64,000 nucleotides of DNA from Balanoglossus misakiensis (lineage: Eukaryota; Animalia; Hemichordata): the NCBI GenBank assembly GCA_040954595.2, contig CM082591.2:4325957-4389956 (forward strand), written 5' to 3'. A program made the translations under genes and the position numbers. The notes beneath the pieces are model-generated. The model did no database searches, was not told where the DNA came from, and worked only from the letters and a program-made list of their open reading frames with translations. Positions 37,115 to 48,600 of this stretch are shown one piece after another; within the stretch, counting starts at the first letter, position 1; every line of letters starts with the position of its first letter.

Positions 37115-39200
37115 CCTCTCGCAGTAATAAATGTTGATGCGCCGTCATCCCCCGGCACCAAAGCCAGAATGTTACACATGAAGAGAGACCATTTTGAAGG
37201 GCTGTCCGACTCATCACCGAACTACAGCCCTGTACCAGGTAAGACACATGTATACAGGAGTCTCATGCACTGTAGCTGATATTGATTTAATTTTGTCACA
37301 CACCAGCTGTGGTCATGTCAGTTGAGTGCCAGATATGTCTGGTTGCAAACTGTCTGGCAAAATTGAATTTCATTAGAAAAATTAATATATTTATGAATCT
37401 AGAACTTACACTTAATTGTGTCAAAGGGGACTGGAGCGAAAATGAAATCAGTTTGCTGGTTGTTAGTAGTCTGATATGAGACCTGTACATGTAGTAAAGT
37501 AAAAAACAGCCCAGCCCTGATGGTTATTGTGGTAGCCTTGTAACATTTACGTCTTATAACACTTTAAAAAAAATGTAATATTACAATTTAGTGATCTGTG
37601 ACAGAGCAATACATCATTTTGAGTACTTATGCTTCTGCCGTGAAGAAGTCACAGTTTCATTTGAATTATTAAATCCATGATGCACTCAGAACTGTTTTTA
37701 TAGACACGTTTAGGAAGATAAAAGCTATGACCCTGAGAAATCGTATACCATTTCAGTCTAAAAATAAATCAGCATCCTGTGAAAGTCTCGAGGTAGTGAT
37801 CATATTTCTCCTTGAACCACCGTGTATGCTGTCTCGAGAACTTGATTGAGCACGTCAACTGCTGCGTGTCAGAAATCAAAGCAAGCTGTGCTAAACGGCA
37901 GAGAAACCAGAGTGGTATGCAAATTCTCATGAATATTAACGAAAATTATGCAAAATTATATTAATATTCATGTTTATATTGTCATGTTAATAAAAATTAT
38001 GCTAATAGTTATGAATTGTCATTGTCATGCAAATTGACATGATGGGATCCGACATAGATCATAAGTGCGTGTATGATGCGAGTATGACCAGAATGCTAGT
38101 GACACTATTGGGAGTCGTTGCCCCTAATCACGGTTGTCGACTTCCCCTGCACGCCGTGATTTTCCATTCTTCCTCCACACACAATGATGATGGGTTACAG
38201 CTCGTCGGCTCGCCGGCAGGACGACATCTCGTGGAGGAAGTCGTTCAATAATGAAAGCCTCAAAAAGAACGCAACCGGCACGGCAGGTAAACGATATTCC
38301 TGTGTTTATATACGCGCTATCTAACACCGCTGCGGCATATGTCATTAGTCTTATTGCCACGCGTGTCATCCGTGGCATGGTGTGTGTGGCATATCAGCTG
38401 TAGTCAGCATTTCTTAGACTTCCATATTTCTTCCTCCGATACAGTTTCTCATTTACTGTTAATACAGGGGGAGCGAGGGAGTGTTCTACTGAAAGTCATT
38501 GTTTAATTTGCCAATGATTTGAAAAAAAATTTGCTAGTGATTTGAATTGCAAACAAATGGTGATGCTACAATCAAAATACTTATATATTATTACAGAAGA
38601 ACATACATGGGGTAGTTAACCCTTTCACCACCACAGTTCGGTCAAAATCCATTGTTTTCTATATATACGCACTTGATCGCCTCAGTCTATCTCCCAGGAT
38701 AGAACTAGCAACATTTTTCAAAGTCAATAATAATTATTCACAAGAATTGAAAACATATCGGTGCATGAAGATTAGATGATACATTTATTTTAGGTATTAG
38801 CAAAATTTAAAAAAAAGGGTACAGCTACAGGGGCTTTGAAGTAATTACTGTATAAATCTCTGATGGGAGTAGAATGTTTTCAAAGGGTAAGGTTGAACAT
38901 AATGACATAATTATCCCTTTGGATCAAAATTTTTATCAGTGCGTTGCTATGGTAAGTGGAGGCTGGTTGCTAGAGACCATTGTCCAGTAAAACACCAGAG
39001 TGGTGAAAGGAGATTGCTCGTCTAATGTCCTTCGATCAGATCCCGGAAATGAAGTCGCTTTTTCCCGAGAGGCGGTTCTTTCTTCTTTTTTTTCTGATCT
39101 TTTCCTGTTTGGTCCGGGGAGAGTGAGATTTGGCCTGGACAAATTAAAGTACCTGGCCGGGTGATATGTGGAAGCCCTGTGCCCTCACATCCATCCATCC

Positions 39201-39286
<86 letters not shown>

Positions 39287-39302
39287 TCTATATGTCTGTC
39301 TA

Positions 39303-39375
<73 letters not shown>

Positions 39376-39394
39376 ATGTCTATCTGTCTATCTA

Positions 39395-39442
<48 letters not shown>

Positions 39443-39600
39443 CAGTCAAATCTCTCTATAGTGGCCAGTCGACTTTCATAAACTGGCCTTTATAGAGAGG
39501 TGGCCTTTATATAGAGGTTAATTAACACACATGTGAATTGCACAGGGACTGTAAAAAAGTGGCCACTATGTAGAGGTGACCGCTAACAGGGGTTTGACTG

Positions 39601-39677
<77 letters not shown>

Positions 39678-42600
39678 ATCTATCTATCTATCTATCCATC
39701 CATCCATCCATCCATCCATCCATCCATCCATCCATCAATCCATCCATCCATCCATCCATCCATCCATCCATCCATCCATCTATCAACTGACCTACCAAGG
39801 TACATGTAAATTGTTAACTTTGAGCCCTCTAGTCGATCATCTGACCACCCAGCCAGATTCCCAGACTAATCCTCATTGACGTATTGAAAACTTCATCGGC
39901 TGACATCAGTTGCCATGGATATACGGAATACACGTGTAGGTTTCATTCTTAATTGAATGTGTGTTGAAGGTTATATCAATAATAGTATTTGATTCCAAAA
40001 ATAAAATCTTTTACTGAATTTCGTGATGTCCTCTATAAATATACACAAAAGTAATTATACTTTATTGCGAGTGCGATGTGACATTATCTTGTGATGCTAA
40101 AAATAAAATCTCTGTCAGAAAATGTTTGAGACTGTGATTTCAAAGACGCATACAGCACTAAGCATAGATACTTGAGAAAACGTCTTTCTTGAGTATGTAG
40201 GATCCACGCCAGCCTTAGCCCAGGGCCAGTATTTTGCATCCGCACAACATCGTCTGAAATACATATCACTGTAAATGTCATCCTCTATTGCCCTCTGCTT
40301 AGTGATATCTTGTCATTTGAAGCTCCTTTAAAGGGAAGGGGTCGTCGCGCCGCGTGGGTGTCCCCCCCCCCTCAATGAGAATATGTCCTCCCATACCAGC
40401 GCAAACCCCACTGCAGTCGCCACGACATACTAGGATCTTCAGTCTATGCTACGGTTGGCTGCTTCGTCCATTCTAAGAATAAATTTCAGGGATTTGTGGA
40501 TGAATTGTAATGTTTATAAACAAACAAACGCGGCGCGACGACCCCTTCACTTTAATCCATATGACGTGCGTTCTAAAAAGGGCGTGCTGGGAAGGCTTTT
40601 TTCCTTTCAGGAAACGTGATGCCCAACTAGCCTTGTCACAGAAAAATAGTCTCTCATCTGTAGTCTGCAGCTCTGGTTACGTGTGACGTGCATATGACTG
40701 CATGCAGGGCAGATCAAGACAGAGAGAGATGAAAAATTTCAGTCCCTGTTCGCTGTTAAAATTGTAATTTTCTAGGTATGATAAACCCAGTCCTGAGACT
40801 AGGGCTGGTCGAACCTGAATTGTATATTAAGAAATTTTCACCAACAAAACGGTGTCAAGCTACCTTGAAACTGCACGCTGGCTAGGCTGGGTATATACCA
40901 GTGTGCCCTCTAAGCAAACATGTTCCATGCATGTTGCACTTTTACATATTCGCAGGGCATCCTACAGAGGTAGGCGTGTATCGTTCGTACATTGTGTGTA
41001 GGTAGACAAGCCTTCAGCTAATCAAAATATCAGAGATCAACCACACTCATACATGTACTATTAAACCATGGTCAATCCTGAAATTACCATACTGGCATTG
41101 ATTCCCAGGTTTTTCTAGTGAAAGTGAACTTACTGGCATTTTAGGTCCACAGAATATATCATTAATTCTTCTCAAAAAAATCCTGTTCTCCTTTCTTCTT
41201 TAGATGCATGGCGCAGTCCAGAAAGCAGATGAAAAAAAACCTGTTTTGCTATCTGTATATTAAACACTGTTTATTCTTCTGCTCACTTGCAGGTGGGGAG
41301 GACGAGGAGTATTTTCACCGTTTGGATCCAAACAGGGAATCGTCTCAATTCAAAGCGCACAGGAGCAAGGTGAGGCAAGACGTGCTATATCAACCCATCA
41401 CACCCCCATTTCCCTGTAGAGGTGTCCAGTGTTGCCATTGAGAACAATGGAGATGGACCAAACCATGGCGGTGAAAGGGTTAACGTTTCCAATGCACTAT
41501 TTCAGTGCAGTGCAGAGTTTTCAGTTGTCAGTCGTACATTGCATGCTAAGGTGTCTGTCATAAGCAAATACGGTATAAGATTCTCATTAGAAGCCACAGC
41601 TAATGACAAAACTCCTTGGCTACCATCTCTGTTGATTATCTATACGGTATACCGGTAGTCTGCATGTGGTTAAAGCCCCTTTCATCCCTGTTTTGCTATG
41701 AAGAGGTCCAGCTTTACCATTGGATTCAATGCATGGTTTTGGGCCAAACCATGGTGGTTAAAGGTTATAGGGAGGTTTGACCTTGTAATTTACCATGGGC
41801 AGATGAAGTAGGTCTCGATAGACGAGGCAGACAGCTTATCTGAGAGAAATTAGTTTGTAGCAGTGAATTAATATGGACAGAGGTGGTCAGTCTTAAGAGG
41901 CCGAGAAAACTGCTTGTCATAAGTAGTCAATCCCGACCACGCCACAATATTCTCTGACAATGTTTGCCCTCCCACACGCTCCTGTGTGTGTTTTATCCTA
42001 ATGAAAAACGCTCACATTTCACGTTGTAACCAACAAACCACAGATTATGTTTGATTTTGTGTACACACTCAGTCTGCCAAAGGGCAAAGTAAAGGAAAGA
42101 TTAAAATGAGTCGTACCTGCATTATTTTGATTAAAACAGTCCTGCGTCACTTCTAGGTCGCCATTAAAGGTCTACATATCGCCTCTAAGTTACATATGCC
42201 TATATATAGCTAAAAGTGCACGTGTAAGCCTTCGGATGACCATGTGGATAATGTCAGTGATTGGGTACATTTTGCCGAAACCAATGAATGGGCTGCTTGT
42301 AAGTTTCTGCTTGGCAACTGTTATGTAACAACTGTGGTGATTGGGTGTCGGCTTTTGTTGTCTCCCTTGCGAGGTTTAATATGGTTGGTCATCAAGTCTT
42401 GTTACTTTGTCATGATGAAAATGGCTCGATGAAGCAATTACTGTCAGAAAAGTGATTTATTTTCCTTTTTATGCTTCATTCCAGTTTTGGGGCTCTCAGG
42501 TCAGTACGACTACTTTCCATGTGTACACCAAACAAGAATAATTCTTCGAACATTGCTCTGAGCATTTTGACAAATTGCTAGGAGGTGCCAACACGCCAAC

Positions 42601-45600
42601 AGGGGGCTGATATCACCCCATCCCCCTTTCTAGATGAAAACACTGCTGTAATGTCATGTCCTTCCCAAATTAGAGAGAAATAACCTCGCCTCAATCTTGA
42701 AAAATCCATGATATTAACTCTTTTTTTTTTCCTTTTTTATCTCACAGTCTGAAGGAAAGTTGCACAGTCTTGATTATAAATCCGTGAAACTAGCCAAAAG
42801 AGAATCACTAAAGGTAAGGTTGATATCTGTGGAAATACAGTGTTCTATGCAAAAATTAATCATCGCATAACAGTTGCCATGATTGATATCGCGAAAATGT
42901 CCTGTCGCGAAAATTTCCCGTTTTACAGTATTCTGCATTGTCATTTTGTCAAACCGTGCCAAAAATAATTTCTCTCTTTTGTTTTGTTGATTTCATGGAC
43001 TTTCAAATATTAATGTTTGTTTGGTTTGTTATCTTCAGGCGCAGAAGAAAAACTACAGAAGAGAAAAGAAACGTGCGACCAAGGAATTGCTGAGTTCCCT
43101 CAAAGATCCGTCAGTTGTTGTCTTATCCGGATGGCTCAAGGTAACATAGTGAAACATGCTCTCAGCTTAACACAAAGAAGATAGGGCACACTTGGATACT
43201 ATAGGGAGGAGAACAAGACAATATGGTTGACATACACAAAACAAAAAATTTGAAAACATAGCAAGAGGTTACAGTACAGACAGTGGCTCTTTAAAGGTAT
43301 ACAGTCACTTCCAATTTACATACACCCATATATAGCTGAAATGGCGTATTTGAGCGTTCTAAAGAACATATGATGGCGTTCTTTTTTTTCGCATGTGCCA
43401 CCCACTGAAAATCTGTGATTGGCTAGATCTCAATCTGCCATGGTAACTATAGCTAATTTTCCATAGGTGACCGTATACCTTTAATCTGGCTGTGACTGGG
43501 TGAATCGCTTGTTCTGGTCGTTGAGTTCATGCTTGATGTAGTAGATGTGATTTCTAGTTTTACCTTTCCATTAGAATTGCTCTTTATTTGGTTACTGTCC
43601 AATATCCACGAACCGTCAGCTTGACACCTAATTTCGCCTTTCCCCCATTTGCGTTCCATAATGGAACTGACTGTCAAAACCCCAACCAAAGTGACACCGC
43701 AGTTCTGTCTGCGATGAGACGAAATGAATGCCGCTTGTCAGGGTTTAATTGAGATAATGCACTAGGTTCATCACTCTTCATCACCGGCCGTGTACTGTAA
43801 TCGTCCGCGCGAAAAGTGGGGTTAGTACGCAAGAATTAATCGCCGGCACAAAAGTCTCTCTCAGGAAGCAATTCACTATACGTGTCGCGGGCAGAGAAGA
43901 CGGCTTGTCATCCGCAGCTGATGCGGGTCTGACCTCAGCTCAGACAGCCAACGGCAGCAAATCGACCGGCGTTGATGTTTGCTTTGTGCGCAGAATAGCA
44001 TTATGTGAACATCAAAGAGGCTTACAGGCACATATTTTGTACTGATGTATGTATGTCTTGCGTCATAAAATAAACGTATAATAAAATAAAAATACAAAGG
44101 CAGATCCTTGTTATTTCACCTACTAGACATGTATTTTTAACCCTTAGTGCCAGTATCTGAAATTTTGTCTAATTGCGTCTTCCGAAAAGATACGCTTGTC
44201 CACATCCATTGCCATTTTCTCTATGTCATTTTCTTACAATAGGTGAGAGGTACCCTTAAAGGCTGGACCAAACTATGGTGTGTTTTGAAACCAGGTTTAC
44301 TTCTTATTTACAAAAGTTCAAAGGTGAGAAATTATCACAAAAACTTGTATATTTGCATGATAAAATGTCTAAGTCCTTTTTTCTGCTGATCTGATTTAAA
44401 TAATGTTGGCCAGATATTATTTTCAAATGTTATTTTTTTTCCACACGCAGCGTGGTCAATGGGTCGGAACAGTACTGCTGAATTCGTGCGATTTGATCGA
44501 AAGACCATCACGAAAGGATGGCTTCTGTTTCAAGGTCTTCCACCCCTTGGACCAATCAATATGGGCCACAAGGGTAAGTGTTGCCAAGACGACTGGTCTG
44601 TTTCTAGACTCCCCATTCTTTTGGCCCAATCAGTGCAGATGTGTCAAAAGAAACAATCTGTTTCAAGATTTCCCTTTCAGTAGCACTGACTACCGTATGT
44701 GTACAAAATACTGTGTCTGTGCAGCTCTAGGACAGACACCCCCTGTACATTTCTCCACCAGATATTTCCCCTAACCCCAGCTCTAAACCTAACATCTATT
44801 ACTGAATTTCGAGATAATTAGAATAAGTTCGAGATAAATTTGAAATACTAGTAATGGTACTCTTGACTAAGTTTGGAGATAATTATATTTTTGGGATAAA
44901 GTTGAAATAATGTTGTAATTTTTTTTTTTTTAATTCCAGGGTCCCAAGGGGGAATCCATGGGTTCCATTACAATACCACTGCCAAGTAATTATCTCATAT
45001 TCCGGGCGCCGTCGGAAGCGGACGGAAAATGCTGGATGGACGCGCTGGAGCTGTCGCTGAGATGCTCGAGTTTGCTGATGCGGTCGATGAAGGAACACGA
45101 CACGGGAACGGCGGCCGACACGAGCGGAGGAGACCTCACTCAGCAGCTGCAGAGCTTTCTGCACAGTGCCAAGGAAATGAACGAGAGTGAAATCGAAAAT
45201 ACACATTTCAAAGATCAAGGTATTTAATTCAAATCAATCGACTTTATTCATCCCAAAACGATCAACTCAGTTGGCGGACAAAAAACAACAAGAAATGCAC
45301 AGACAAAAGCAATTTTACAAGAAGCAAACTTGTACAAAATGAACATAATGGAAAAAGACAGGTCACGTACGCTACCAAAACTATTAAAAATTATATACAT
45401 GTACATCATTCAAAAGCTGCTATTCTGAGAAATCACAGAAAATGACGAGAGTTAAATATTAACCGTCGTCGGGCAAAGAATGAAAGATATGTCACTAGAG
45501 GGCGCTATAGTATAAATGCAACAAAGTTTTTTTTGAAAAAAAGTTATATTTCTCATGATGATTATTTTTCCAATTTCAGGTCTTGACGAGCATGATGACG

Positions 45601-48600
45601 ATGACAAAGAAAATGAGGGTGAAAAGGAAAAAGATAGTGACTCAGATGGGACGGAGGAAGATGATGACATCGAAGAAATGCCGGAAATGGCCCACACAGA
45701 AACAAATTATGTGTCGGAAGCTAAGGAAGACTTAGGGCAGGTAAAAATGTCTCTGATAGAAGTCCCTTGTATCCATAACAGTTATTTGTTTTACATTGTA
45801 CAACATGTTAACATGCTCAGTATTCAGCTGGTCATCACAGCTAGCCTAGATACAGAAAACAATAATACTGAAAACACAGGGAAAAGTTACAGTTAACAGA
45901 GCTTTGATATTACTAATATATTTTTTCTTGCTTTTCAGGAATTTAATCAAGTAGACACAATAGCTGATGAAAACAAGAGTATTGTGTGGATGTTGATTAA
46001 ACAAGTGAGACCAGGAATGGATTTGTCCAAAGTTGTCTTGCCAACGTTTATCTTGGAACCGCGGTCGTGGTTGGATAAACTCTCCGATTACTGTTACCAT
46101 GCCGACTTCATATCAAGGTAAAGATGTATGACATATCACTGGGGTGAGGTCAATGGGCAATCAGTTGATACACTAAACAAAATATTGAAAAAATACAGAA
46201 ATATGAAAAAAGTAGGCAGTTTTCTTTCCAGGGGAGCAGCTAATTTTTGCATCACATCAGTGGGTCATCTGTTAACAGATATGACTTTAGAAACACAGAA
46301 TGCGAATTCGTCTTGATGTACTCTACATGTCTGCATTATCTGATGCATGTACATCTTTGTTCTCGTTCACACAGAGCTGTAAAGGAACGTGATGCCTTCA
46401 GTCGAATGAAACAAGTATTGAGATGGTATCTCTCAGGATTTTACAAAAAACCAAAGGTAACGCAGCAAAATCCATGTTGAAATCACAGAATCTGAATAGG
46501 GGCTTACAGTCTGGGTTCTGTCTGTCTGTCTCTCCTGACTTAATATAAAAAGAATGACACCATATTTTATTTTGTTATCCAGGGTGCCAAGAAACCTTAT
46601 AATCCCATACTTGGTGAAACGTTTCGCTGTATGTGGCCTATACCCAGTACTGGAAGCAAAACCTTTTATGTCGCTGAACAGGTAAGCCTAAATACATGTC
46701 CTGACAAACTCACTGGGGATGAAGGAGGGGATAGGGTTGTAAGGGTTAAACAATTAGCTTGTCATTGCAGGCTTATGCATGTATACATCTGAAAGTGTAA
46801 TTGGTTAATTGATGAGTCTCATGGAAAACTGCCAGAGTAACAACAGTGAAAATGCCAGGATGTAGAGGTCATGCAGGGTTCGCACTAATTATTCACCGTC
46901 GTCATGGTTACTTGCGCCGACAGGTATCTCATCATCCCCCAATATCTGCCTTCTACGTGTCGAACCGCATGGACGGCTTCTGCGTCAGCGGCAGCATTCT
47001 TGCCAAGTCCAAGTTCTACGGCAACTCCATCGCAGCAATACTGGACGGCACGGCCAAGCTGTCCCTCATCACCAGGGGGGAGGACTATCTCATCACTATG
47101 CCCTATGCTTACTGCAAAGGTAAGGGTGACGCTGTAGAAACTTAAAGGTATACAGACAACTTCAATTTACATATGCCCATATATGGCTGAAATGGCGTAT
47201 TAGAGCGTTCTAAAGAACATATGGTGACAGGCTCTTTTTTCCACGTGTGCCACCCACTGAAAATATGTGATTGGCTAGACCTCAATTCGCCATGGTAACT
47301 ATAGCTAATTTTCCATAGGTGACTGTATACCTTTTAACTGGAGGCATTGTGACCTGGTGGTCAGTGTACCGTACTCACAATCTGAGGGTTGTGGGTTTGA
47401 TTCCCAGACCCAGACATGGCCTTGAGATTTTTACCTGAGGATAGTAATTTCATGGCCACGATGTTGTGCCCTTGAGCAAGCACCAGTACCAGTATGTAAA
47501 GCAGTAAAATTTATACACCACACAAAACAGTGTTACAAAGTTCTGTTGGGTTCATGACTTCTCTCACTGAGACCTTCCTATTTATTGCTTCATTTCTTAG
47601 GTATCTTGTATGGAACTCTGACGATGGAATATGGCGGGAAAGTCTGCCTTGAGTGTGAGAAGACTGGCTACAAGACCGAAATGGAATTCAAACTGAAAGT
47701 AAGAAATCTGCAGCATTCAGTTTTCTTTGGATGAGAGTTACTCCTGAAAAGTCAGAGGTCATCGCAAATTACAAGTCTAGCTCTACTGTACTGCCCTGTT
47801 TCAAAATAATGTATTGGACAAAACCGTTATTGTGAAAGGGATAAATTGTAATGCTTTGTGTGTTGCTGCAAAATAACCTTCAAAATTCAATCTCTGTCTC
47901 CACTCCTCCAATAGCCTTTACTTGGCAGCAGTGACAGTGTCAATCACATCGTTGGCAAAATGAAGCTGGGCAAGGAAACCATAGCAACAATAGACGGCCG
48001 ATGGGTGAGTAACCATAGTACAAATGTACTGGGCATTTTTGGAAATTATTACATACCACAGTTTGCAGGCATACATTAACATTGATATGGCAAGAGGGGT
48101 AACCATGGCTACCTTGGATTTCTTTACAGGATGGTGAAGTGTTCATCAAGGACAAGAGAACTGGGGTGAGTGTTTTACAGAGTCTGTACATATGTATCTG
48201 TAGAAGTTAAAATCACTTGGGATGTTCCAACATACAAAACAATAGGATTCAACCATAATAGATGGGTGCTACGTGGCATATGTTTTCGCTTCGTGTTAAA
48301 CGTTCATGTACAAATAAATCGTTGAATAATGTGCACGAAACAGTCTGATCTCTGCCACTGATATTGTCAGTATGCATTGCCTGTTTTGACCCTCTCCTGT
48401 CTGGTTGTCCCGTGCAGGAAAGTGAACGTTTGTGGCACGTGACGGACGAGGTCATGAAGAACCGACTCAAGCGGCACACCCCTCAGTGGGACGAAATGGG
48501 AGAGTTCGAGTCTCAGAAGTGAGTAGAAAAAAACATAAACTGTGATCTAGAATTTTTTCTTCGAAATCTTGACAGCACCCACATTACCAGCTGATCAGCT

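Noticed and set aside
39161-39809. [12 protein letters not shown] repeat ORFs
   Set aside because: Translations of tetranucleotide microsatellites.
47340-47410. Functional tRNA gene
   Set aside because: Degenerate A and B boxes, no closing acceptor stem, and followed by SINE-core-like sequence; classed as a SINE.
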